Both the position numbers and the translations under genes were made by a program. From Lepidodermella squamata (lineage: Eukaryota; Animalia; Gastrotricha): a DNA stretch of 64,000 bases. Shown piece by piece: positions 34,295 through 44,982 of this stretch. The notes under the pieces were generated by a model. It ran no database searches and was not told the DNA's origin. It worked only from the letters and a program-made list of their open reading frames with translations. The stretch is taken from NCBI GenBank assembly GCA_047495785.1, contig JBLDXI010000002.1:186001-250000 (forward strand), given 5' to 3'. The number at the start of each line of letters is the position of its first letter. The first letter of the stretch is position 1.

Positions 34295-34441
34295 CAGTGC
34301 GCGAAGTACGGGGAGGGGGGGGGGGGGGGTGAGGGGTATCGTAACCCCCATTTCACAAGGCCAAAGTGGAAAATCCCCCAAAAACCACAGGGGGGACCCT
34401 TTGGTCATAAAATTAGCTCGAGGATCCTACTTCGCGCACTG
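34295..34441. mobile_element. 147-bp hAT-like MITE
   Basis: TIR cagtgcgcgaagta/tacttcgcgcactg, 8-bp TSD tgttcagc; absent from the homologous spacers at ~39730 and ~44830. Confidence 0.88.
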
Positions 34442-34509
34442 TGTTCAGCCTTGGGGTTTGGTATCGGGAGAATTCAAAAAACCTGCAAAGGAATATTATG
34501 TATAAATAA

Positions 34510-34860
34510 GGCCCACGGTACGGCTAGTTTCGAGGAAAAACTCACATAATAAGGCGAGGCGAAGCCGAGTCTTATTATGCGATTTATGCGTCTTATTATG
34601 CTGAAACAAGAAAAGTGATCTCGCTTCGCTCGAAGAGTTTCAAGTGCTTTTTCTCGCTTCGCTCGATGAAATCAGCGTCCCCTCGCTTTGCTCGGGCGAA
34701 AACCTTGCCCCGTGATTCTCGCTGCGCTCGCGTTTCACGGCGGGGCAAGGTTTTCACACCTTCGGTGCTCACTGTGAAAATTAAAAAATCCCCCCTAAAT
34801 GAGCGGCTTCTTATTATGTTATTATGTTATTATGTAAGCTTCGCCTAGAGCATAGAGAAC
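34510..34860. repeat. Unclassified repeat or transposon fragment replacing the 5' part of a type G gene
   Basis: Repeated tcgcttcgctcg and ttattatg motifs; no counterpart in the other two unit copies. Confidence 0.55.
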
Positions 34861-35001
34861 GCGAGGAATTTTCTATTGCAAGGTCCAGTTGTAGCTCTGA
34901 ATACATTCCCAAGCCCATACACCCGGCTTATTGTTGATGATCGATATTCAATGCATAACTTCATTTCCACAGATTATGATGGCGGAAGCGTCCCAATGTA
35001 A
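34861..35001 (+). pseudogene. 3' remnant of a type G gene
   Basis: Translates ARNFLLQGPVVALNTFPSPYTRLIVDDRYSMHNFISTDYDGGSVPM*. Confidence 0.85.
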
Positions 35002-35214
35002 TAAAAAATCTCCTGAATCTCAGAATCTATCACGCAAACTCTCATAATGTCCAAGATCTGCGGTTCATAAGAAAATTGTACGGGGTAATCAAGCCATCTT
35101 CTTTCATTCTCACGCCAAATTTATGACCAAAAAATCCTCCTTGACATAATTCTCTTCCCATTCATAGAGAACTCATTGCAGATAATCCACGGCCTCCGGA
35201 AAACTATTGATAAG

Positions 35215-36214
35215 ATGCTGAGAAACCGAAAACAGGTTTCATGGCTGATGCTTTCCCTAGCGATTTTGAAGTGTCAAGTATCAGGCGAATCTTGAAGCTC
35301 GAATGCCGACTCGCCGTGAAAAGACGCCATTCCAGTTAGCGCTGCTATCTGATTGGATATCTGACAACCCTCAGCTGTACAGCCAAGGTTTCGGCTATCC
35401 GTATCGACGAGTCGAAACACCAGTTGGAAGCCTAAATTCTGCACCTGGGGTTATGGAAGTCCCAACAAAGTTCTCCAAAGCCATTTATCGAAGCAAATCA
35501 GCTCCGAGTGTTGTTGACCTCGAAAAGGGAGTTCCTAGACAGCCAATCGAGCGACTACCCGAGTCTCTGATAGCGAAGCTCAGCCCTGAGAGTCAGATTG
35601 TCATGAAACCTGGGCAGAGAATACGTCACACAGGTGGGGAAGAAGCAAGGCTGACATCATCTCATACCACTTCATCAGATACCACTGTAATAGCCGACGT
35701 GAACTTTGCGGAAATGGCTGCAGTGAGGTATGAAGCTGAGCAAGTTCAATTGCTACCTGGTCACCGGGAGCGCATCGATCAAGCCATCGTGCAGACAACT
35801 TGGAAACAACGAGCTTTGGTCGGAGCTTACATCCTAAGCGGAGTAGTAGTTGCTGCCTTGGTAACGTACGGCATGTATCGCTTGAATCAGTTAATCGATG
35901 GCGGGGATGTTCCGAAACAGCACAGAATCAAAGTCCTTCAAATCCCGAAGGACAACAGTTGGATCGAGGGTCGACTGATGAAGAGTACTTCTTACAATTC
36001 GATTTACACTCGAATCTTCAGTTCAATCGATTTGACGGAAGATGATTTAATGGCGCGAGGAGCTGAACTGGCTGGGGATTATTTGAGTCAAAATATAGCC
36101 ATTACTCGCAATACATTTCCGAACCCTGAGTTTGGTACTATAATTAATGATTATTTTTTAGAAATCGCAATGATCAAAGGAATAGCTTCTTACGACCCTG
36201 CAATCGATTACTGA
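35215..36214 (+). pseudogene. Type H copy 1, with a 5-bp deletion after the signal peptide (residual ORF 35303-36214 has no signal peptide)
   Basis: ggcga-atcttg vs ggcgatgcaaatcttg in 41063; gives GGC GAA TCT TGA. Confidence 0.85.
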
Positions 36215-36315
36215 ATAAAAATAAAGCAGTTCGAATTTTAGCATTATAAAAAATCCAGCTTAAATCCTGATCGCCCGGTTTACTTGGGCAGCCGATTCGG
36301 TTTTTTAGGACCGGG

Positions 36316-36888
36316 ATGGATTTAAGCTTTGTTCGATTTTTTGCATGGACAATGTCACTGGCTCTTCTAAACCAGCAGATAGTAGTATCAGCCATCGAAA
36401 TTCCGCGCCAATTATCCCCGATTCAGGTTCCAAAATCACAATGGTTCGAACTGGACTTTCCTGAAAAAGTTGCAACAGCATTGCACACGACGGTGTGGAA
36501 GCCTTTCAAATTATTAGTAAGTTTTGCTGTTTTCGGAATCTTGGTGACGGTACTTAGCACAATGATTTGGCGAGAATTCATTGAGTCGGCCAATGATCGG
36601 AAAAAGAAACATCAAGCGTACCAAATGCAAAAGCTGGCAGATCAAGGAGGAGATGCGGGTAGATACGCACGTATAGAAGGAAGGTCGGCAGGCGATTCGA
36701 GTGAAATTCTAGGCAGAAAGCTTGGCTCGATGGTTGAACTTGATGGAAGGGCGGTCGAGGTTCTAAAAGACATCGACGCTAGTTTGAGCGGCCTTCCAAC
36801 ACCGACAAGGCAGAGAGCGGCTAAAGATGTTTTCGCTAGGCTCAGCAGGGGTATTATCGGAGAGAATGATTATAAAATAAATGACTGA
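36316..36888 (+). CDS. Unknown array family, type I copy 1 (190 aa, shortest member)
   Basis: Signal peptide, TTVWKPFKLL + helix, IEGR, LPTP..DVF..ENDY. Confidence 0.82.
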   Translation: MDLSFVRFFAWTMSLALLNQQIVVSAIEIPRQLSPIQVPKSQWFELDFPEKVATALHTTVWKPFKLLVSFAVFGILVTVLSTMIWREFIESANDRKKKHQAYQMQKLADQGGDAGRYARIEGRSAGDSSEILGRKLGSMVELDGRAVEVLKDIDASLSGLPTPTRQRAAKDVFARLSRGIIGENDYKIND

Positions 36889-37769
36889 ATTCTTGCTAAT
36901 TTATTCAGTCTTACTAATTTTAGCACTTGAGTTCACATCAAATTATTTTTTGAAACTGCTAAGTTCATTGATGTGGAGAAAAATCGATCCCCAAGCGTAG
37001 TTCCAGCTAGCTTCTGTTGCAGAACTGAAAGCAAGCCTAACAAAACTTTATAAATTGTTGGAAAATTAAGGCCCCAAAAAATTATCATCTAATATTATCA
37101 GTTTACTAGAAAAACTGAAGAAAATTCAATCAGAAACAATCAGAAAGAAAACGCCTTTCCTTATCCTAACCAGTTCTGCCCACTGCGCTCTCCGCACGTA
37201 TGTTTTATATTATTATAATATAGAATTTTATAATATATTATTATCTCTCCGTTGAGCACGCATTAAGCACCGGTTTGGTGGAATGCTTGATTCCGTTGAG
37301 CATTGTTAAGCATTTCGTTGAGCGCGATTAAGCACCTCATTCAGCAACGTCGAGCACGTTGAGCGCGAATTGAGCATTCTCATTGAGCACAATTAAATTT
37401 CAAGTTTAGGATCACTCTCAATATCTGACCACGATCCGCTGAATTCAAGTGTCCACTTGTCGAACCAGCCCGAGGCTGACGATAAGCAGTGCAGGCCAAT
37501 TTCCGTGGCGACCAACAACCGCTTGCCATCCTCTTGTAACAGCAGATGCGTTACATATCGTTCGGCTCGAAAGTTATGGACTTAAATTCCTGCTGCTTTA
37601 ACAAGAACTTCACCAATCTTAGGTACTCCTACTCCATTCATCTGGAAAAAATCTGGAAATAATGCGCTTGAGCCACGAAAAGTTAAGCTTGTATAGCTCA
37701 TTTTGAAAAAGTCCTTAACTTACAAAATGGGCAAAAATAGTTACGGAAATTACCGTCTCTTGCCGCACA

Positions 37770-39683
37770 ATGCGACAACACTATGCCTTGATTGTGGCAA
37801 CCTTAATCCTGGCAGAGCATTTCCACGTTTCAGCAAACCGTACGCGCTATGATGGCGGCTATGTTCAGTTTTGGAAACTAAAACGCTCCAAACGACGAGT
37901 TTCAGCGGACGAAATGCCGAAACCATCTGCTGGCAGCGTTATTCCTGATTCTGCCAATAGCGGAATTATCCCCCAGGCTGTATCAAGCAGATTGCCGCCT
38001 GAGGCTCAAGCCATGCTCAAGCCTTATGTATCGCCAGTTCAGATTCAACCTCTACCGGCCGTTAATTCAGATCCGACGAATTCTGTTGTAGGAAGCTGGG
38101 GTGCAGATTGGGACCCAAATCCAGCAACTCTGGAGCAAATGGGCGATCCTTCAGTGCCGTTGCAAGGTCCTTTCAAAAGACATGACTCCGTTCTAGCTGA
38201 GGTTAATCTACAGGAAACTATTTCGCGAACATCTTCAGTGAGTTCAGTGGATGACTCGCCATCTTCTTCCGCTGATAGCTTCAAAACTGCTAAAACGAAA
38301 TTCACAATGGGTTCGAATCAGGATTTAACCAAGATATTCAATAAAGGCTCGAAAGAAAGCTCGCCAACAGGCGGGTCAGAAACGAATCTAGCACCAACTA
38401 ACGCAGGATCGAATCAAGATCTATCGCCAGCTCAATCAGTAGATATCGCAGTTAAAAAATCTTGGTGGGACCGAAAGTTGTTCCGAGGCTTATTCTACGC
38501 AGGCGTTACCGTCGTCGTACTGGCAGCTACAGCCGGTGCTATATTTGGGTTCTACAAGTTGGTGGAATACTTAATCACTCCATCGGAAGATGTGAAAATT
38601 AAACCTAAACCCCCGAATAATTGGATTGACTTGGACAAGAAAGCTCGGCTAGATATATTGCAACAAAGTTCAAAAGATGTTGAAGGGCGACTTTCAAGAC
38701 ATGAAAGCCAGACGGAGGAGTTGACGGCTCGAATCTTAGTGGCTGATCGTGAGGATGATCAGCGAGGAAAGTAGGCCGGTCAACCTGCCAGGGACGCGGT
38801 TCATCAGTAAATAAATTTGCCGCTCGCTCGCTTTGCTCGCTCGCGAACGCCTGATCCTTATAATCTATTGTCGAGTATCGAGAACGCTAGTTTGCGACTT
38901 TCCTTTTTCCCCACAGTTTTTCGCTCTCGATCAGCCTAAAATGGTCATTTGATTGATAATTTCAATTTTTACTTTTTACTTCTCAACTGTGCTTTGCGAG
39001 CTAAGCGAGCTTTAGTTGACGCTATTTTCAGAGATTTTGCAGGAAGAATGGCCTGAAAATGCTCGAAATCGCGTACAATTTCAAAAATCAAACACAAAAT
39101 CGAGTTTAAAATTGGTTAATACACCTATCAAGGACTTGAATTTTATCACCTTTTGATGAATAAAACGTAATTTCCCAAGTTGTTTACGAATTAAGCTTTC
39201 AACTTAAAGGCCAATGAAGTTAATCATCATGTTCAACTCAGAAAGTCGAGCGCAAATTTCAAATTACATTCTGCTGTTATTATAGCGAGCGAAGCGAGCT
39301 TAGCTGAAGGTATTTTGTAATGAATAACAAGGCTGAAATAGCCTTTGCTACATTCATTTTGCAATACAACTACGCTCCACCAGCCAACCTACCGGGGATT
39401 TCAGCGTCCCTGGCGGGTACACCTTGGCCCTCAAACCTACCAGGTACGCGTCCCTGGTACTACCCTCGTTGTCCCTGGCGTCCCTGGTGCTACTTTCCTC
39501 GCTGAGGATGATGACTTGTTTGCACGTGGCGCTGCTGTCGCGAGGAATTTCCTATTGCAAGGTTCCGTAGTAATGCTGAATACGTTCCCAAGCCCGAACA
39601 CCCGGCTAATTATTAACGATCGATTTTCAGTGCTCAATATAATTTCATCAGATTATAGCGGTGGAAGTGTGCCTCTTGAATAA
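37770..39683 (+). pseudogene. Type F copy 2, disrupted by a hAT-like insertion
   Basis: Nearly identical to 43622-44782 except for the 745-bp insert plus TSD. Confidence 0.9.
38760..39504. mobile_element. 745-bp non-autonomous hAT-like DNA transposon
   Basis: 15-bp TIR cagcgaggaaagtag/ctactttcctcgctg, 8-bp TSD aggatgat, subterminal gtccctgg repeats; unit offsets 5852 vs 5099 differ by 745+8. Confidence 0.95.
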
Positions 39684-39883
39684 AAACGGTGGACCGTTCT
39701 GATAATTCTCTAAATTTTTAAATTTTGTTTAGCTTTTTGCAGTATGAAATCGGGAGAATTGGAAAAACTTGCTAAGAATATGCGTGATCAGATGTCTTTA
39801 ATTCTTATGGCCACGTCGATGTTGAAAAATCCCCCTCAAGTTATCGCATAACATAGTCTTGTCTACCGTCCCTTGCCTGCGCG

Positions 39884-40825
39884 ATGCTACGCAACTATGC
39901 CCTGATTGTGGCAGCCTTACTTTTATCTGAGCACTTCCACGTGTTACAAGGCTCTAGAGGCTCTAGAGGCTCTAAAGGCTCTAAAGGCTCCAAAGTGGAA
40001 AGCGAAATCGAAGTCCTACCGCCATTTCCTGGCATTAGGATCTCTCCAACTGACTATGGCAAAAGCCGTGTCTCACCTGAAGCTCGCGTGGTTCTCTATC
40101 CTCAAAATCGGATTCAACAATTAGCGGCTCTTCACGCAGAATTGAAAAGCAAACAGCGCAGAGAAAACATGGATCCTAATTGGGACCCATATCGTGATAT
40201 TCTGGAGCTAGCAGGCGATCCAGCGGAAAACACTTTGAGATCATCGTCAGAGAGCTTAAGCAATGACTCGCCAACTCATTTCTCTGATGGCTTGAACGTA
40301 CCAGTAAATGCAGGTCAAGAGCTGTCGCCAGCTCAATCAGTTGAAATCACAGTTAAAAAATCGCGGTGGGATCGAAAGTTGTTTCGAGGCCTGTTCTGGT
40401 TCGGTGTGACAGTACTTTATATCGCAGCCATTGTCGGTATCACAATTGGCATCGTAGAGCTCGTAGCTTACTTCAACCCGGGCAAGAAGAGCGAGCCTGT
40501 AAAGCCAGTTGCAAATAATTGGAAAGGCCTCGACGACAAATCTCGCCTCGACATTCTGACGGGCAACCAACGGAGCGTAGAAGGACGATTTTCACGAGAT
40601 GATAGCGAGACGGAGGAATTGACGGCTCGAATCTTAGCAGTTGACCGTGACGATGATGATTTGCTTTCACAGGGCGCTACTGTCGCTAGGAATTTTCTAT
40701 TGCAAGGTCCAGTTGTAGCTCTGAATACATTCCCAAGCCCATATATCCGGCTTATTGTTACTGATCAATATGCAATGCATAACTTCATTTCGTTTGATTA
40801 CGATGGTGAAAGCCTCCCAATGTAA
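39884..40825 (+). CDS. Unknown array family, type G (313 aa)
   Basis: Signal peptide, (GSR/K)5, VSPEAR, KKSRWDRKLFR + helix, VEGR, DYDGE. Confidence 0.88.
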   Translation: MLRNYALIVAALLLSEHFHVLQGSRGSRGSKGSKGSKVESEIEVLPPFPGIRISPTDYGKSRVSPEARVVLYPQNRIQQLAALHAELKSKQRRENMDPNWDPYRDILELAGDPAENTLRSSSESLSNDSPTHFSDGLNVPVNAGQELSPAQSVEITVKKSRWDRKLFRGLFWFGVTVLYIAAIVGITIGIVELVAYFNPGKKSEPVKPVANNWKGLDDKSRLDILTGNQRSVEGRFSRDDSETEELTARILAVDRDDDDLLSQGATVARNFLLQGPVVALNTFPSPYIRLIVTDQYAMHNFISFDYDGESLPM

Positions 40826-41062
40826 TAAACATGTCCTGAAGCTCTGAATCTATCAGGCACATTAAATAGCAAACTATCATCATCCTAAGGTTAACTTGAC
40901 GGCTCACAAGAAAGATAAGAAAAATTTAGCCATTTTCTTTCATTCTCCTGTCAAAATTTAAGACCGAAAAATCCTCCTTGACATAATTCTCTTCCCATTC
41001 ATGGAGAACTCATTGTAGCTGCTCTACGGGAGAGTCTCCCGCCTCTGGAAAACTTTGATAAA

Positions 41063-42067
41063 ATGCTTAGAAACCCAAAACAAGTTTCATGGCTGTTGCT
41101 TTCCCTAGCGATTTTGAAGTGTCAAGTATCAGGCGATGCAAATCTTGAAGCTCGAATGCCGACTCGCCGTGAAAAGACGCCATTCCAGTTAGCGCTGCTA
41201 TCTGATTGGATATCTGACAACCCTCAGCTGTACAGCCAAGGTTTCGGCTATCCGTATCGACGAGTCGAAACACCAGTTGGAAGCCTAAATTCTGCACCTG
41301 GGGTTATGGAAGTCCCAACAAAGTTCTCCAAAGCCATTTATCGAAGCAAATCAGCTCCGAGTGTTGTTGACCTCGAAAAGGGAGTTCCTAGACAGCCAAT
41401 CGAGCGACTACCCGAGTCTCTGATAGCGAAGCTCAGCCCTGAGAGTCAGATTGTCATGAAACCTGGGCAGAGAATACGTCACACAGGTGGGGAAGAAGCA
41501 AGGCTGACATCATCTCATACCACTTCATCAGATACCACTGTAATAGCCGACGTGAACTTTGCGGAAATGGCTGCAGTGAGGTATGAAGCTGAGCAAGTTC
41601 AATTGCTACCTGGTCACCGGGAGCGCATCGATCAAGCCATCGTGCAGACAACTTGGAAACAACGAGCTTTGGTCGGAGCTTACATCCTAAGCGGAGTAGT
41701 AGTTGCTGCCTTGGTAACGTACGGCATGTATCGCTTGAATCAGTTAATCGATGGCGGGGATGTTCCGAAACAGCACAGAATCAAAGTCCTTCAAATCCCG
41801 AAGGACAACAGTTGGATCGAGGGTCGACTGATGAAGAGTACTTCTTACAATTCGATTTACACTCGAATCTTCAGTTCAATCGATTTGACGGAAGATGATT
41901 TAATGGCGCGAGGAGCTGAACTGGCTGGGGATTATTTGAGTCAAAATATAGCCATTACTCGCAATACATTTCCGAACCCTGAGTTTGGTACTATAATTAA
42001 TGATTATTTTTTAGAAATCGCAATGATCAAAGGAATAGCTTCTTACGACCCTGCAATCGATTACTGA
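41063..42067 (+). CDS. Unknown array family, type H copy 2 (334 aa)
   Basis: Signal peptide, LSPESQ, TTWKQR + helix, IEGR, NTFPNP, SYD. Confidence 0.88.
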   Translation: MLRNPKQVSWLLLSLAILKCQVSGDANLEARMPTRREKTPFQLALLSDWISDNPQLYSQGFGYPYRRVETPVGSLNSAPGVMEVPTKFSKAIYRSKSAPSVVDLEKGVPRQPIERLPESLIAKLSPESQIVMKPGQRIRHTGGEEARLTSSHTTSSDTTVIADVNFAEMAAVRYEAEQVQLLPGHRERIDQAIVQTTWKQRALVGAYILSGVVVAALVTYGMYRLNQLIDGGDVPKQHRIKVLQIPKDNSWIEGRLMKSTSYNSIYTRIFSSIDLTEDDLMARGAELAGDYLSQNIAITRNTFPNPEFGTIINDYFLEIAMIKGIASYDPAIDY

Positions 42068-42167
42068 ATAAAAATAAAGCAGTTCGAATTTTAGCATTAA
42101 AAAAATCCAGCTTAAATCCTGATCGCCCGGTTTACTTGGGCAGCCGATTCGGTTTTTTAGGACCGGG

Positions 42168-42740
42168 ATGGATTTAAGCTTTGTTCGATTTTTTGCATGG
42201 ACAATGTCACTGGCTCTTCTAAACCAGCAGATAGTAGTTTCAGCCATCGATATTCCGCACAAATTGTCCCCGATCGAAGTTCCCAAATCACAATGGTTCG
42301 AACTGGACTTTCCTGAAAAAGTTGCAACAACAGTGCACACGACGGTGTGGAAGCCTTTCAAATTATTAGTAAGTTTTGCTGTTTTCGGAATCTTGGTGAC
42401 GGTACTTAGCACAATGATTTGGCGAGAATTCATTGAGTCGGCCAATGATCGGAAAAAGAAACATCAAGCGTACCAAATGCAAAAGCTGGCAGATCAAGGA
42501 GGAGATGCGGGTAGATACGCACGTATAGAAGGAAGGTCGGCAGGCGATTCGAGTGAAATTCTAGGCAGAAAGCTTGGCTCGATGGTTGAACTTGATGGAA
42601 GGGCGGTCGAGGTTTTAAAAGACTTCGATGCTAGCTTGAGTGGCCTCCCAACACCGACAAGGCAGACAGCGGCTAAAGATGTTTTCGCTAGGCTCAGCAG
42701 GGGTATTATCGGAGAGAATGATTATAAAATAAATGACTGA
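42168..42740 (+). CDS. Unknown array family, type I copy 2
   Basis: Paralogue of 36316. Confidence 0.82.
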   Translation: MDLSFVRFFAWTMSLALLNQQIVVSAIDIPHKLSPIEVPKSQWFELDFPEKVATTVHTTVWKPFKLLVSFAVFGILVTVLSTMIWREFIESANDRKKKHQAYQMQKLADQGGDAGRYARIEGRSAGDSSEILGRKLGSMVELDGRAVEVLKDFDASLSGLPTPTRQTAAKDVFARLSRGIIGENDYKIND

Positions 42741-43621
42741 ATTCTTGCTAATTTATTCAGTCTTACTAATTTTAGCACTTGAGTTCACATCAAATTATTT
42801 TTTGAAACTGCTAAGTTCATTGATGTGGAGAAAAATCGATCCCCAAGCGTAGTTCCAGCTAGCTTCTGTTGCAGAACTGAAAGCAAGCCTAACAAAACTT
42901 TATAAATTGTTGGAAAATTAAGGCCCCAAAAAATTATCATCTAATATTATCAGTTTACTAGAAAAACTGAAGAAAATTCAATCAGAAACAATCAGAAAGA
43001 AAACGCCTTTCCTTATCCTAACCAGTTCTGCCCACTGCGCTCTCCGCACGTATGTTTTATATTATTATAATATAGAATTTTATAATATATTATTATCTCT
43101 CCGTTGAGCACGCATTAAGCACCGGTTTGGTGGAATGCTTGATTCCGTTGAGCATTGTTAAGCATTTCGTTGAGCGCGATTAAGCACCTCATTCAGCAAC
43201 GTCGAGCACGTTGAGCGCGAATTGAGCATTCTCATTGAGCACAATTAAATTTCAAGTTTAGGATCACTCTCAATATCTGACCACGATCCGCTGAATTCAA
43301 GTGTCCACTTGTCGAACCAGCCCGAGGCTGACGATAAGCAGTGCAGGCCAATTTCCGTGGCGACCAACAACCGCTTGCCATCCTCTTGTAACAGCAGATG
43401 CGTTACATATCGTTCGGCTCGAAAGTTATGGACTTAAATTCCTGCTGCTTTAACAAGAACTTCACCAATCTTAGGTACTCCTACTCCATTCATCTGGAAA
43501 AAATCTGGAAATAATGCGCTTGAGCCACGAAAAGTTAAGCTTGTATAGCTCATTTTGAAAAAGTCCTTAACTTACAAAATGGGCAAAAATAGTTACGGAA
43601 ATTACCGTCTCTTGCCGCACA

Positions 43622-44782
43622 ATGCGACAACACTATGCCTTGATTGTGGCAACCTTAATCCTGGCAGAGCATTTCCACGTTTCAGCAAACCGTACGCGCT
43701 ATGATGGCGGCTATGTTCAGTTTTGGAAACTAAAACGCTCCAAACGACAAGTTTCAGCGGACGAAATGCCGAAACCATCTGCTGGCAGCGTTATTCCTGA
43801 TTCTGCCAATAGCGGAATTATCCCCCAGGCTGTATCAAGCAGATTGCCGCCTGAGGCTCAAGCCATGCTCAAGCCTTATGTATCGCCAGTTCAGATTCAA
43901 CCTCTACCGGCCGTTAATTCAGATCCGACGAATTCTGTTGTAGGAAGCTGGGGTGCAGATTGGGACCCAAATCCAGCAACTCTGGAGCAAATGGGCGATC
44001 CTTCAGTGCCGTTGCAAGGTCCTTTCAAAAGACATGACTCCGTTCTAGCTGAGGTTAATCTACAGGAAACTATTTCGCGAACATCTTCAGTGAGTTCAGT
44101 GGATGACTCGCCATCTTCTTCCGCTGATAGCTTCAAAACTGCTAAAACGAAATTCACAATGGGTTCGAATCAGGATTTAACCAAGATATTCAATAAAGGC
44201 TCGAAAGAAAGCTCGCCAACAGGCGGGTCAGAAACGAATCTAGCACCAACTAACGCAGGATCGAATCAAGATCTATCGCCAGCTCAATCAGTAGATATCG
44301 CAGTTAAAAAATCTTGGTGGGACCGAAAGTTGTTCCGAGGCTTATTCTACGCAGGCGTTACCGTCGTCGTACTGGCAGCTACAGCCGGTGCTATATTTGG
44401 GTTCTACAAGTTGGTGGAATACTTAATCACTCCATCGGAAGATGTGAAAATTAAACCTAAACCCCCGAATAATTGGATTGACTTGGACAAGAAAGCTCGG
44501 CTAGATATATTGCAACAAAGTTCAAAAGATGTTGAAGGGCGACTTTCAAGACATGAAAGCCAGACGGAGGAGTTGACGGCTCGAATCTTAGTGGCTGATC
44601 GTGAGGATGATGACTTGTTTGCACGTGGCGCTGCTGTCGCGAGGAATTTCCTATTGCAAGGTTCCGTAGTAATGCTGAATACGTTCCCAAGCCCGAACAC
44701 CCGGCTAATTATTAACGATCGATTTTCAGTGCTCAATATAATTTCATCAGATTATAGCGGTGGAAGTGTGCCTCTTGAATAA
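43622..44782 (+). CDS. Unknown array family, type F copy 3 (386 aa, intact)
   Basis: Same architecture as 33120. Confidence 0.88.
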   Translation: MRQHYALIVATLILAEHFHVSANRTRYDGGYVQFWKLKRSKRQVSADEMPKPSAGSVIPDSANSGIIPQAVSSRLPPEAQAMLKPYVSPVQIQPLPAVNSDPTNSVVGSWGADWDPNPATLEQMGDPSVPLQGPFKRHDSVLAEVNLQETISRTSSVSSVDDSPSSSADSFKTAKTKFTMGSNQDLTKIFNKGSKESSPTGGSETNLAPTNAGSNQDLSPAQSVDIAVKKSWWDRKLFRGLFYAGVTVVVLAATAGAIFGFYKLVEYLITPSEDVKIKPKPPNNWIDLDKKARLDILQQSSKDVEGRLSRHESQTEELTARILVADREDDDLFARGAAVARNFLLQGSVVMLNTFPSPNTRLIINDRFSVLNIISSDYSGGSVPLE

Positions 44783-44982
44783 AAACGGTGGACCGTTCTG
44801 ATAATTCTCTAAATTTTTAAATTTTGTTTAGCTTTTTGCAGTATGAAATCGGGAGAATTGGAAAAACTTGCTAAGAATATGCGTGATCAGATGTCTTTAA
44901 TTCTTATGGCCACGTCGATGTTGAAAAATCCCCCTCAAGTTATCGCATAACATAGTCTTGTCTACCGTCCCTTGCCTGCGCG

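Noticed and set aside
34312-34335. Poly-G tract as a standalone G-quadruplex regulator
   Set aside because: It lies inside the 147-bp hAT-like MITE and is absent from the other cassette copies
37245-37390. TTGAGC repeats (and the CGACAA repeats at 60.2-60.8 kb) as a CRISPR-like array
   Set aside because: Units are 6-10 nt, irregular, without unique spacers or cas genes; eukaryotic transposon subterminal repeats explain them
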